Shown here piece by piece: positions 13,180 through 25,719 of a stretch of DNA of 51,824 nucleotides. The position numbers and the translations under genes were made by a program. The notes under the pieces are model-generated. The model searched no databases. It had not been told where the DNA came from and worked only from the letters and a program-made list of their open reading frames with translations. How positions within the stretch are numbered: position 1 is the stretch's first letter; each line of letters begins with the position of its first letter. The stretch spans positions 2,494,018-2,545,841 of the forward strand of contig NC_057750.1 in assembly GCF_004010195.1 (NCBI RefSeq), given 5' to 3'. The DNA comes from Chiloscyllium plagiosum (lineage: Eukaryota).

Positions 13180-13770
13180 TCAGGTTGGCTCTGCTGTTCA
13201 GAAGGGTGTGATAAAGAGTGGAATGGCTATAGTCATGGGGGATTCTGTGGTAAGGGGAGGAGATAGGCGATTCTGTGGTCAAAAACAAGACTCCCGAAAG
13301 GTATGTTGCTTCCCAGGTGCACGGGTCAGGGATGCCTCAGATCGCCTGCAGAACATTCTGAAGGGGGAAGGTGAACAGCCAGCTGTCATGGTGCATACAG
13401 GCACCAACGATATAGGTAAAAAAATGGGAGGAGGTCCTACAAGCAGAATTTAGGGAGTTAGGAGCCAACTTAAAAAGTAGGACCTCAGAAATAGTAATCT
13501 AAGGATGGCTACCAGTGCCACGTGCTAGTCAGAGTAGGAATGAACGAATATTCAGGATGAATGCGTGGCTGGGGGAGGTGGGAGGATTACAAATTGGACG
13601 ATCGACACCTGGGCAGGACTGGAACCAATGTCCTGGGGGGGCTTTTGCTAATACTGTTGGGGACAGTTTAAATTAATGCTGTAGGGGATGAGAACCAAAT
13701 GAGTAGACAGGAAGGAAGGAGGCAGTAACTAAAGCCTGTAAGGAACTAGCTAATGAAGTCAGCATGACTA
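13180..13770 (+). pseudogene. CR1 LINE ORF1 remnant (SGNH/GDSL esterase-like domain)
   Basis: IVMGDSVVRG...CFPGARVRD...VHTGTNDIG (GDS, G and GxND blocks), then frameshifts. Confidence 0.8.
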
Positions 13771-14034
13771 AGGGTGAGGAGCTGAGGAGGAGTGAGGGGA
13801 GAGTGAGGATCTGAGGGGGAGTGAGGGGCTGAGTGGGAGTGGGGAGAGTGAGGAGCTGAGGGGGAGCTTTTGAATTGCATTCGGGGAAGGTGTGTGAACT
13901 GATATATTTGGGCAGTGGCTGATTTTTCTCCTTTGTTTTTGTGTGATTGGTAGAAATATTTCTTTTTTCATTTATCTATTATTTGATATTATAGTTCGAC
14001 TAAGTTAAGTTTAAGAGTAAAAATGGCAGGAGAT

Positions 14035-16270
14035 CTTAATTTTCTCAACATTGACTGGGATTCACTTAATGTTAGAGGTTTAGATGGAGCAGAATTTGTA
14101 AGGGGCATCCAGGGGGGTTTTCTAGAGCAGTAAGTAAATAGTCCAACCCGGGAAGGGGCCATACTGGGCCTGGTGTTGGAGAATGAGCCCGGCCAGGTGG
14201 GTGAAGTTTCAGAGTGGTCCTAAAGGAAGAGCACCAAACTGGGGGAAGGCCAACTATAGCAAAATTCAGCAGGAGCTGGGGAATGTGGATTGGGAGCAGC
14301 TGTATGAAGGGAATTCCACATTTTATATGTGGGAGGCTTTTACAGAGAGGTTGATTAGAGTTCAGGAGAGATACGTTCCTGTGAAAATGGCAAGATTAGG
14401 GAACCATGGATGACAGGTGATATTGAGAAACTAACTAAGAGGAAAAAGGAAGCATACATAAGGTCTAAGCGACTGAAGTCAAATGAAGCTTTGGAAGAAT
14501 ATTAGGAATAGAGGACCAATCTGAAATGAGGAATTAAGAGGGCGAAAAGGGGTCATGAGATATCCTTAGTGAGCAGGGTTAAGGAACATCCCAAAGCCTT
14601 TTCTTCATATATAAGGAGCGAGAGGGTAACTCGGGAAAGAGTTGGCCCACTCAAGGACAAAGGAGGAAAGTTATGCAGGGAGTCAGGGAAATGGGTGAGA
14701 TTCTTAATGAGTACTTTGCATCAGTATTCACCAGGGAGAGGGACATGGCAGATGTTGAGGTTAGGGTGTACAGCATGGAAACAGACCCTTCGGTCCAACC
14801 CATCCATGCCGATCAGATATCCCAACCCAATCTAGTCCCACCTGCCAGCACCCAGCCCATATTCCTCCAAACCCTTCCTATTCATATACCCATCCAAATG
14901 CCTCTTAAATGTTGCAATTGTACCAGCCTCCACCACATCCTCTGGCAGCTCATTCCCTACACGGACCACCCTCTGCGTGAAAAAGTTGCCCCTTAGGTCC
15001 CTTTTATATCTTTCCCCTCTGACCCTAAACCTATGCCCTTTAGTTCTGGACTCCCCCACCCCAGGTAAAAGACTTTGTCTATTTATCCTATCCATGCCCC
15101 TCATAATTTTATAAACCTCTATAAGGTCACCCCTCATGTTGAGGTTAGGGATAGATCTTTGATTACTCGAGGTCAAGTTGGCATAAGGAGGGAGGAAGTG
15201 TTGGGTATTCTAAAAGGCATTAAGGTGGACAAGTCCCCAGGTCCGGATGGGATCCATCCCAGGTTACTGAGGGAAGTGGGAGAGAAAATAGCTGGGGCTT
15301 TAACAGATATCTTTACAGCATCCTTGAACATGGGTGAGGTCCCAGAGGATTGGAGAATTACTAATGTTATCCCCTTGTTTAAGAAGGGTAGCAGGGATAA
15401 TCCAGGTAATTACAGACCTGTGAGCCTGACATCAGTGGTAGGGAAGCTACTGGAGAAGATTCTGAGGAACTGGATATATACCCATTTGGAAGAAAATGGG
15501 CTTATCAGTAATAGGCAGCATGGTTTTGTGCAGAGAAGGTCATGTCTTACCAACTTTATAGAATTCTTTGAAGAGGTGACAAAGTTGATTGATGAGGGAA
15601 GGGATGTAGATGCCATATACAAGGACTTCAGTAAGGCTTTTAATGAGGTTCCCCATGGTAGGCTGATGGAGAAGGTGAAGTCACACGGGGTCCAGGTTGT
15701 TCTAGCCAGATGGATAGAGAACTGGCTGGGCAACAGGAGACAGAGAGTGGTAGTGGAAGGGAGTTTCTCAAAATGGAGACCTGTGACCGTGCTGGAATCA
15801 CTGCTGTTTGTGATATACAGAAATGATCTGGAGGAAGGGAGAGGTTGTCCGATTGACATGTTTGCAGATGACACTAAGATTGGTGGAGGAGCAGACAGTG
15901 AAGGGGACTGTCAGAGAATGCAGTAGAATATGGATAGGTTGGCGAGTTGGGTAGAGAAATGGCAGATGGAGTTCAATCCAGACAAGTGCAAGGTGATGCA
16001 TTTTGGATGATGCAATTCCAGAGCGAACTATACAGTAAATGGAAAAGTCCTGGGGAAAATTGATGTACAGAGAGATCTGGGTGTTCAGATCCATTGTTCC
16101 CTGAAGGTGGCAACGCAGGTCAGTGAGTGGTCAAGAAGGCATACGGCATGCTTCCCTTCATCGGACTGGGTACTGAGTGCAAGAGTTGGCAGGTCATGTT
16201 ACAGTTGTATAAGACTTTGGTTCAGCCACATTTGGAATACTGCATGCTGTTCTGGTCGCCACTTTACCAA
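14035..16270 (+). pseudogene. CR1 LINE ORF2 remnant (endonuclease tail + RT) with nested antisense CR1
   Basis: KSPGPDGIHPRLL, PEDWR, NYRPVSLTS, QHGF, DFSKAF and FADDTK motifs, with stops and deletions. Confidence 0.9.
14767..15135 (-). mobile_element. 5'-truncated CR1 inserted antisense, 15-bp TSD
   Basis: TSD atgttgaggttaggg at 14752-14766 and 15136-15150. ORF 14832..15176(-) shows RGDLIEVYK..FFTQRVV. Confidence 0.9.
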
Positions 16271-17336
16271 ATTGGGGATCTGAGGGTTGTCCTGGTCTCT
16301 CTGAAAACTGGTTGAACAGTGGGGTTTGAGGTTTAACTTGCTGCCCCTTCCCCGGTATAAAGTGCACTTTTTTTGTGAACTGCTGCTTTCTGTTTATTGT
16401 TTACTGTACTGATTAATAAAACTTTTAAAAATATATAAACAGGAGGGTCAGGGGTTCTGTTCAAATGGAGAACTGGCTCTGATGGCGCTGGGTCAGGATT
16501 AGGGACTCTCCAAATGTAAGTAAAGGGGGACTTGGTGATGGGATACCGGTGTCTGGGGAGTTATTTGAACCACCCTTGACATTGCTTTTCAGAGTTCCTT
16601 TATAACGAACCAACCACTGACACCCCCACTCATAGTTTGCCTACTTCTGGGAAAATACTCCGTTCTTTAGACAGTGCGAGCCGCTGAATTAGCTTTTCAG
16701 CTTTTGGGCCTTTTCGAGACAGCTCACGTAGTGCCTCGGAATGTGTTCACCTCTTCCTCTGCCAATCGGAAAAACTGACCCTTACCCTCAAGCTTCTCCT
16801 CGAGAAAGTTTAACGTGCTCTTCCCGCCCTGGTCTTCAGTTCCATTTCATTCTCCCTCCCACTTGATGCTGTAACAAGAAACCTTTTCTCTTCCTTTCAG
16901 TTGTTCCGGAGTTCAAGTTCACCTGTATCTCCATTTCCCTCCACCTGCTCATCTTCCTCTCTCTGCTGCTCAATGACCTGTGCTCAGCAAAGGGTTCTGT
17001 TTATTCCTTTACTCATCTGCCCACCCCTCAGCCCCCAGCCTCGATAGATTTCAGGCACATCATGACGCTGATGTCGTCCTCCGTTCCCTCCACCTCTGTC
17101 CTCACCACCTCCCATGGCACCTTCTCCCCTGCTCTATCGACCCCTCCAACTGCCCTCAATAACCACAAGGAGCCCTCCCCTGGCCTCTTACCTGCCCTCG
17201 GATTCTTCATCAGGAATTGCTGACATGAACTGGGGTGCCTTCCCTGCTTCGCACCCCCATCCTGTCTAACCCGGGATTCCTCTGAAACTGCTGCACTCTG
17301 TTGCCTTGGATCTACACCACATTGTGCCAATAATTG

Positions 17337-17680
17337 GGGTGGCACGGTGACTGAGTGGTTAGCACTGCTGCCTCACAGCGCCAGGGACCCAGGTTCGATC
17401 CTTGGACTGTCTGTGTGTGGAGTTTGCACGTTCTCCCCATGTGCGCATGGGTTTCCTCCAGGTGCTCCGGTTTCCTCCCACAGTCCAAAGATGTCCAGGT
17501 TAGGTGAATTGGCCGTGCTAAATTACTCGTAGTGTTAGATGCATCTGTCAGGGGTAAATATAGGTCAGGGGAATTGGGTCTGAGTGGGTTACTCTTCGGA
17601 GGGTCAGTGTAGACTTGTTGGGCCGAAGGGCCTGTTTCCACACTGGAGGGAATCTAATCTGAAAAAGACTAATCTAATAA
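17337..17680 (+). mobile_element. HE1/V-SINE-type SINE
   Basis: ggcacggtgactgagtggttagcactgctgcc...ggttcgatcc head, V core and ctaat tail. Confidence 0.88.
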
Positions 17681-18053
17681 GAAGTGGTTGAGGTATTGCT
17701 GGTGTAACCAATCTCTCCCTTTCATCAGATTTCTCCTCCATTCTCCCTCCTGGATCATGGCCCCAGTACTCAACACTGAGCGTTTGTTTTCAGGACTGTG
17801 ACTGACCTCACCTCCTCCTTTACAACCTCTTCCTGTGTCAACGTTTAACTAATCAATGGGAGATTTAGCCACGATAGTGTCTAATTCACCTCTGCTCCTC
17901 CAAACAGAACTGTCCTGGCAGACCCAACTTCCTGTCTTGGATCGAGCTTTGATTAATCTTGTCCTGTTCCAAAGAAAATTCATATTAGCTCGAACAGTGA
18001 AATAACTGCACATCGGCCAATGTCCCATCACCCACTCACCCTTTATCAACATG

Positions 18054-18860
18054 ATTTGGAGATGCCGGTGTCAGACTGGGCTGTACAAAGTTAAAAATCA
18101 CACAACACCAGGTTATCGTCCAACGGGTTTAATCAGAAGCATGAGCTTTCAGAGCACCGCTCCCTCATCAGGTGATTGTGGAGGACACAATTGTAAGGCA
18201 CAGAATTTATAACACAAATTTACAGTGTGATGTAACTGAAATTATATATGAAAAATACCTTGATGGTCTGTTGAGTCTCTCATCTGTTTGAATACCATGA
18301 TAGTTTCACTTCTTTCATGTGTAAATCACAAAATCTTTCCCATACCCATAGGGAGGGCCTCAACTGGGACCTTGGGTTCATGTCACGCTACAGGTGACCA
18401 TCATTGCACTATATACACACACACAGACAGACAGACACTCCTATACACACACATACTCCCACACACACACAGGCATCCTCTCAGAGACTTAGACCACTCT
18501 ACACTCACAGACACACACACTCCCACACTCACACATGCACCCCCTCACAGACTTAAGACACTCTACATTCACTACACACACACACATACACTTTCTCACA
18601 CTCACAACCCCCAACCCAGACACACACACACACATACACTTTCTCACACTCAACCCCCAACCCAGACAGACAGACACAGACACAAAGACCCATATCCACA
18701 CATATATTTTGTGGGATGAATTTGTACTTGCAGGGTTACCTTGTACTTTACACAAAAACTGCATAAATTCATGTAAAACTCTTATCTCACCTTTTAGATT
18801 AGAATCAATCTCAACATCATGGCATAGACGGAGAACACAGGGGGCTAACACCTTCAACAG
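18054..18860 (-). mobile_element. Penelope family B long terminal fragment with internal CA-rich tract
   Basis: Shares ~18054-18315 with 35369-35620; degenerate hammerhead on the minus strand. Confidence 0.7.
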
Positions 18861-18861
18861 A

Positions 18862-19228
18862 TCCTGGATTAGTGGTGCTGGAAGAGCACAGCAGTTCAGG
18901 CGGCATCCGAGGAGCAGGAAAATCGACTTTTCGGGCAAAAACCCTTCATCAGGAATACAGGCAGAGAGCCTGAAGCGTGGAGAGATAAGGGAGAGGAGGG
19001 TGGGGGTGGGGATGGGGATGGGGAGAAAGTAGCATAGAGTACAATAGGTGAGTGGAGGAGGGGATGCAGGTGATAGGTCAGGGAGGAGGGTGGAGTGGAT
19101 AGGTGGAAAAGAAGATAGGCAGGTAGGACAAGTCATGGGGACAGTGCTGTGACTGGGGTGAGGTGGGGGAAGGGGAAATGAGGAAACTGTTGAAGTCCAC
19201 ATTGATGCCCTGGGGTTGAAGTGTTCAG
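18862..19228 (-). mobile_element. Penelope family A 3' end including ORF C-terminus
   Basis: The minus strand encodes TLQPQGINVDFNSF (the 'TLxPxGLN' end typical of Neptune-type Penelope GIY-YIG domains), then a pyrimidine-rich 3' region and the hammerhead. The same sequence recurs at 51638-51824. Confidence 0.75.
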
Positions 19229-19949
19229 ATGTATACAGAAAGAGGGACAGAACTATAATAAGCAAAGAAAGAGTGCTGGAAAAAATCGGCAGGACTGGCA
19301 GGGTCTGTGGAAAGAGAAACAGAGATGGCAGTGTGTGGTGATTGGAACCAAGTGGATCTTATTGACTGAGACTCCCTAATTGGGGCTGTTAGCCTCACCC
19401 GGTCAGGGACCCCTGGCTGACACATATTAAACAGAAGAGTCAGGGTGTCCTGACTTCCAGTTGGCTGGTCACAGCCAGTGGGCTGTGCCCATGTTAATAA
19501 TGAGTGAGTGGGTGATGGGATACTGGCCTCTGTGAAGTTTGAGCTAATATGAATTTTCTTTGGAACTGGTCAAGATGTTTAAAACTAGAGCCAAGACTGG
19601 AAGCTGGGTCTGTCAGGACAGTCCTGTTTTTGGGGTTTGAGAAAATGCCCTTTCCAAACATTCTTAAAAGAAGTTATAGATCCGACAGACATTTTGAATG
19701 GTTACAGATTTGCCTTACCTGATTGCTTCTAAGTTAAAGGATCTTGGAATTTCAGGAGTAGTTCCTGGTGAATTTGACCATGGGTCTTCATGTGCTCTCC
19801 CTCTAAGCCATGACTCAGCACTTTCAGCAGGATCTACCACAGTGAGAGAGATTCCTGCTCAGAGTTTTCAACAAAGATCAAATATTTGGAGTAGAAGTTG
19901 ATTAGAATGATTATGACACTCCTAATCAATGAGTGGCTCAAACCCCCAT

Positions 19950-20265
19950 TGATTAGATTAGATTGCTTAGTGTGTGGAAACAGGCCCTTCGGCCCAACAA
20001 GTCCACACCGACCCTCCAAAGAGCAACCCACCCAGACCCATTCCCCTGCATTTACCCCTTCACCTAACACTACCGACAATTTAGCACAGCCAATTCACCT
20101 AACCTGCACATCTTTAGTCTGTGGGAGGAAACCGGAGCACTCGGAGGAAACCCACGCAGACACGGGGAGAATGTGCAAACTCCACACAGATAGTTGCCTG
20201 AGGCTGGATTTGAACCCAGGTTTCTGGGGCTATGAGGCAGCAATGCTAATCACCATGCCACTGTG
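19950..20265 (-). mobile_element. HE1/V-SINE-type SINE
   Basis: Reverse-complement match with (attag)n tail. Confidence 0.85.
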
Positions 20266-20984
20266 CAGCTGCACCTGAAATAAGCAATAGACTGAACCAG
20301 TCCAGGAGTAGACCCTAGAATAAGACCCAGGAACACACGTAGGCCATTCAGCCCATCAAGTCTGTTCTGCTATTCAATACGATTGTGGCTGATCTGGTAA
20401 TCCTCAACTCCATTTTCTTGTCTTTTCCCTGTAACACTTAATTCCCTTTACTGATTAAACATCCGACACTGTCAGCCTTGAATGCACTTAATGATCCAAC
20501 CTCAACAGCCCTCTGCGGTAAGGAATTCCACAGACTCACGATCCTGTAAGAGAAGAAATTCTCATCTATGTCTTAAATGGGTAACCCCTTATTCTGAGAT
20601 TGTACCCTATCTTCTGCCAGGGATTCAGACGTTGTGCCCTGTGCTTTACATACAAGGCAGGATATTAAAGGAAAATTGTGGGAGAATCCAAAGTTGTGGT
20701 GATATATAAGCGATAGGCATCAATAAATGTAATGCATACTTATATATAAAACGATACAGCATAGAATAAGGCCATTTGGCCCGTTGAGTTGATGCTGACC
20801 CTTTGGTAAAGCTATCCAAATGAACCCCACTCAAATATTTGTAATAAGTTCCTACTGAATATGCTTCCACATCCCTTTCAAGCCCCAATGTTCCTGGTAC
20901 GAAATTCAGGAGGGATTTCCTCCCCTCCCTGCTAGTGGGGAATGTTGTCCCAACGGAGAGTTGTTCAGGTAAAAAGTGGATACA

Positions 20985-21330
20985 TCATCATAGAGTCATA
21001 CAGCACAGAAATAGACCCTTTGGCCCACCCAGTCCATGCCAAACATAATCCCAAATTAAACTAGTCCCACCTGCCTGCTCCTGGCCCATATCCCTCCAAA
21101 CCTTTCCTATTCATGTATTTATCCAAATATCTTTTAAACATTGTAACTGTACCTGCATCCACCACTTCCTCAGGAAGGTCATTCCAGACACGAACCACCC
21201 TATGTGCAAAGGATTTGCCCCTCATGTCCTTTTTTAAAAAATCTTTCTCCTCTCTCTTTAAAAATGTGCCTCACAGTCTTGAAAATCCCCCACCCTAGGG
21301 AAAAGACACCTACCATCAACTCTACCTTTA
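20985..21330 (-). mobile_element. CR1 LINE 3' tail
   Basis: Reverse complement of the same tail seen at ~6800-7370. Confidence 0.8.
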
Positions 21331-21539
21331 CTGGATAAACACACAAGGGAGAATGGGATTGAAGGATGCAGGGTGGGATGGGACATGTGTCAGGAGCCAC
21401 GTGTGGAGCAGGAACACCAGCAGGGGGTGCATGTGGGCCAAATGGCAGTAATGTTGAATCAAATCAGTGCAATTAAGGTAACATTGACACACCCATAAAC
21501 AACTGATAGCTTTCAATAAAGGGAGGTGTTTCAGAAATG

Positions 21540-21890
21540 AGTGCAGGAAATTGATAATGCCATCAGGAAGGGTGAGATTAGATCCTGACTGAATGTGTTA
21601 GCAGCAGCAACAATGGAGTCTAAGGTAAGCAATTGTAGTTTTCTTTCTCGAGTTCTTCAGGAGAATTTAATATGTACCCATTGGGAATAAGTTGAAATTC
21701 AACTTTCCAAACACTTCATCAACTCTGTTTATTTTTCACTTCCTGGCAAAGAGTTTATTTGTCAGTTGTGTGATTTATGACAGTACAGAGCCTTACTAAA
21801 GCTCATGAAGTGCTCTTTGAAAAAGCCCCCTGACGTAAAGTGTTGGTGTGGTTGTAATAGCATTGGGCAGGCAACCTGAGAACCACAGTG
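21540..21890 (+). promoter_or_regulatory. Candidate upstream exon/promoter-enhancer island for the cytokine gene
   Basis: Non-repetitive island with a strong-Kozak acaATGG at 21613 (MESK) and a strong donor AAG|gtaagc at 21625. Also an ETS-IRF composite GGAAGTGAAA on the minus strand (21734-21743), CRE-like TGACGTAA (21831-21838) and RUNX-type TGTGGTT (21847) and AACCACA (21881). Motif matches only. Confidence 0.35.
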
Positions 21891-22785
21891 TAGTTATTTG
21901 TTGGAACATGGGTTTGAATCTCACCATTAACTGGTAGTTTGGTGACTCTGTAATGATATCTTAAAAATACACTTCTACACTTCTACACTTCTACACTGAA
22001 GGGATGGAAAATCTGCTCTCCTTACCTAGTCTGGTTGACACTTGACTCCAGTTGCCCCTGCAATGAGTTGATTCTTAACCAACAGCTGAAAAGGCCAAGA
22101 AAGCTCACCAGTTCAAGGGAAATTAGGGATGGCACTCACAAGTCAGGAAACAATAAGGCTGGGCACAGTAAGATCCCATGAGCAATAATTATCTCTCAAT
22201 TAGTGATGCTGACTTAGGGGTAAATCCTGGCAGCTGCACCTTTTGGGGGTTCTTGTGGTAGTGCCCCTGAACCAGGTGACCCAGGTTCAAGTCCCACCTG
22301 CTCTGGGGTGTGTAATCATATTTCTGAGTGCAATGATTGAGAAAATACCTCAAAACACTGTCTGTGTTGAGCTTGCACATTCTCCCCATGTCTGTGTGGG
22401 TTTCTTCTGCGTGCTCTGGTCTTCTCCTCCCCCCCCCACCCGCTGCCCCCACAGTCCAGAGATGTATAGGTTAGGATGATTGGCCATGGGGAATGTAGGA
22501 GGGTGAGTCTGGGTAGGATTCTTTTTGGAGGGTCTGTGCACACACTTGGGGATTCTATACTCTGTCTAACCCCTTCTTGTAAAACATTCAATACTTCAGC
22601 CCCAACCACTTTTGGTGCCAGAGAATTCCACAGGCTGTCCCACTCTCTGGGTGAAGACATTTCTCCTCAGCTCAGTCCCTAGCGGCCTACCCCATATCCT
22701 TTGACTGTCACCCCTGGTTCTGCCCTCCTGTGATCAGGAACATCCTTACTGTATTTACCTTGTCTAGTCCTGTTAAAATTTTACA

Positions 22786-22996
22786 AAGTTAAAAATCACA
22801 CAACACCAGGTTATAGTCCAACAGGTTTAATTGGAAGCACTAGCTTTCGGAGAGACGCTCCTTCATCAGGTGATGAAGGAACGTCACTCTGAAAGCTAGT
22901 GTGCTTCCAATGAAACCTGTTGGACTATAACCTGGTGTTGTGATTTTTAACTTTGTATACCTCAGACCAACACCGGCATCTCTGAATCATGACTAC
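22786..22996. mobile_element. Penelope family B head-to-head inverted pair
   Basis: Inverted repeat centred at ~22870; probable TSD aattttaca at 22777-22785 and 22997-23005. Confidence 0.8.
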
Positions 22997-23199
22997 AATT
23001 TTACAGGTTGCTATGAGACTCACCATTTCACCCCCCCTCACCCCCAAATTAATCTAAACTCCAGCAACTAAAGTCACAAGATGAGACTAAAATGGTGTGT
23101 TTTCAGAACTGTGCAGCTCTGAGCTTGATTGCTCCTCCCCATGAGTTGGAACAGATTGGGACTGAAATCCCCATGATCCTGAGGTTATGACTTTGGCCG

Positions 23200-23955
23200 G
23201 AAGAACAGAGGAAGCTGAATATTATTTAAATGAGGAAAGACTGCAAAGAAAAAGACCAAAGAACAGATGAATTTGGGATTCCTCGTCCATGAAGCACAGA
23301 GTTAGCATCCAAGTTCAGTGGGTTATAGGGAAGGCAAATGGAATGCTTGATTTTATTTCAAACAGAATGGTGTACAATGGCAGGGAGCTATTGCTAAAAC
23401 TGTACGAGTCAGACCACGGAGAATACAGCGATTAGTTTTAGAACATCGAACAATACAGCACAGAACAGGCCCTTCGGCCCACGATGTTGTGCCGAACATT
23501 TGTCCTAGCTTAAGCACCCATCCATGTACCTATCCAATTGCCGCTTAAAGGTCACCAAAGATTCTGACTCTACCACTCCCACAGGCAGCGCATTCCATGC
23601 CCCCACCACTCTCTGGGTAAAGAACCCACCCCTGACATCTCCCCTATACCTTCCACCCTTCACCTTAAATTTATGTCCCCTTGTAACACTCTGTTGTACC
23701 TGGGGGAAAAGGTTTTGGGGGACCTCCTATTTAAAGAAAGACAGACTGTCATTGGTGGCACTGCAGAGAAGGTTCACTCAGTGGACCCCTGGTACAGAGA
23801 TAGTCCTCTTTAGGAGAGGTTGAGTAGGCTGGGTCTATACTTGGACTTGCACCTAGACCAGGTACAATAGGCTGCATCGCCTACTCCTGTTCTGCATTCT
23901 TATGTTTGCATCAGAGTTTAGAAGAATGAGAGAAGACTTTTGAGATGTATAAGGA
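23200..23955 (+). mobile_element. Decayed CR1 with nested antisense CR1 tail (~23440-23712)
   Basis: ataggaaggcaaatggaatg.. and LQRRFT.. on +; agaacaggcccttcggccc tail on -. Confidence 0.7.
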
Positions 23956-24149
23956 CTAATACCGCAGCGACCCAGGTAATGTTCTGGGACCCAAGTCTGA
24001 ATCCTACCTTGGCAGATGGTGGAATTTGAATTCAAGGAATATCTGGACAGATGAGTCTCATGAAGACCATGAGTTCAATGTTCCTTGTCAGGAAAATCCC
24101 ACCTGCGTCACTGATGTCCTTTAGAGAAACTGTCATCCTTCCTTGGTGG

Positions 24150-24560
24150 ACAAAGTTAAAAATCACAACAGCAGGTTATAGTCCAACAGGTTTATTTGGA
24201 AGCACTAGCTTTCGGAGCGCCGCTCCTTCATCAGGTGGTTGTAGAGCATCGCTCTGAAAGCTAGTGCTTCCAAATAAACCTGTTGGACTATAACCTGGTC
24301 AAGATTAGTGTGGTGCTGGAAAAGCACAGCAGGTCAGGCAGCATCTGAGGAGCAGGAAAATCAACGTTTCGGACCCAAAATGTTGATTTTTTTCCTGCTG
24401 GGATGCTGCCTGACCTGCTGTGCTTTTCCAGCACCACTCTAATCTTGACTCTGATGTCTAGCACCTGCAGTCCTCCCTTTCGCCTAGTTGACTATAACCT
24501 GGTGTTCTGTGATTTTTTAAATTTTGTTCATCCCAGATCAATGCTGGCTCCTCCAAATCC
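24150..24560. mobile_element. Penelope family B inverted pair with nested family A inverted pair
   Basis: Intact B hammerhead at 24203-24237(-). The A insert at 24300-24489 is flanked by gactataacctggt (24286-24299, 24490-24503). Confidence 0.8.
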
Positions 24561-24568
24561 TTATTTGA

Positions 24569-25418
24569 TGTTATGGACCTTGGCCAGACCCTCAAAACAT
24601 TTCAGATAGGTCGCCCAGACCCTAACATTTTAAATTTTATTTTAGGCAGTTGTACAGTGGATATTCCAGCAGTGATTCAGCTAGTCAAACCACTCAGCAT
24701 TAAACAAAACCAAATTTATTTAAACACTATGGATGAAACATAAAGAAAAGAAAACAGAATTTAGAATAACTTAACTTATTTGATAACCCAACCGACGCTC
24801 TCTCGCTCTCTCGCTCTCTCGCTCTCTTTAACGAAGGAACCGTTCCAATCCTGACACCATCCCATAAACATACCCCTTGGCAAAAAGCAAATTCAAACAC
24901 AAGTTCTTCCATGCAGGACAGGTTCAGAGAGAAAGTCCAGGCAAGACCTCTGTTGAAGCGTAGAAGCTCTTTTTACTATAGCTGCTTCTCTAGGTCACCA
25001 GAGGTTTTTATTTGACTACTTGCTAAAACAGACCAAACTAGGAAAAAAAAGCCACCTGAGCTGGGAAAACTGGCCGCTCCCCTCCCATTGTTCAAGAAAC
25101 CATTTCCAGACAAATCAGCACCTCTGCCTTTATGACCTCCCTTGAAAAAAGCTGAAAATGTGTTGCTGGAAAAGTGCAGCAGGTCAGGCAGCATCCAAGG
25201 AGCAGGAGAATCGATGTTTCAGGCATGAGCCCTTCAGGATTCCTGAAGAAGGGCTCATGCCTGAAACATCGATTCTCCTGCTCCTTGGATGCTGCCTGAC
25301 CTGCTGCGCTTTTCCAGCAACACATTTTCAGCTCTGATCTCCAGCATCTGCAGTCCTCACTTACTCCCTCAAAAAACCAAGGACAACATAACTTTGTTAA
25401 AGGGGCAGCGTTGTCACA
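24569..25418. mobile_element. Solo-LTR-like element (relative of 734-1635) with nested family A fold-back at ~25150-25365
   Basis: TGTTATGGAC start and TTGTCACA end; collinear similarity with the 734 element. Confidence 0.6.
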
Positions 25419-25719
25419 CCTGTTCTGGCCTACATGTGACTCCAGACCCACAATAATGTGGTTGACTCTTAATTGCCCTCTGGGCAGTTAGGGATGGGCG
25501 ATAAATGTTGGCCTAGCCAGTAATGTCCTTCTCCAATGGATGAATAAAGAAAAATTAATTTAGGATATCTGGTCAGCACGGACAAGTTGGACCGAAGGGT
25601 CTGTTTCTGTGCTGTACAGATCAATGATTGATGTGGCAAAGCCAGAGACTATCAGGAGAACAGTGACTTTGCCAACCTGACTAAAGTTACAAGAGTCTCT
25701 CCACCCCCAAGGCTCCTGA

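Noticed and set aside
15075..15926. 283-aa RT-like ORF, the longest in the track
   Set aside because: Fragment of a decayed CR1 ORF2. Its start lies in an antisense insertion, the PQGSVLGP motif is deleted and it ends at a premature stop, so it is not a functional gene.
17337..17410. tRNA-like sequence with A and B boxes
   Set aside because: It is the head of a SINE, continuing into the V-domain core, and is repeated about a dozen times in the window; not a tRNA gene.
18489..19265. 258-aa and 165-aa overlapping ORFs
   Set aside because: They read through Penelope ends and a CA-rich tract; low-complexity chance ORFs.
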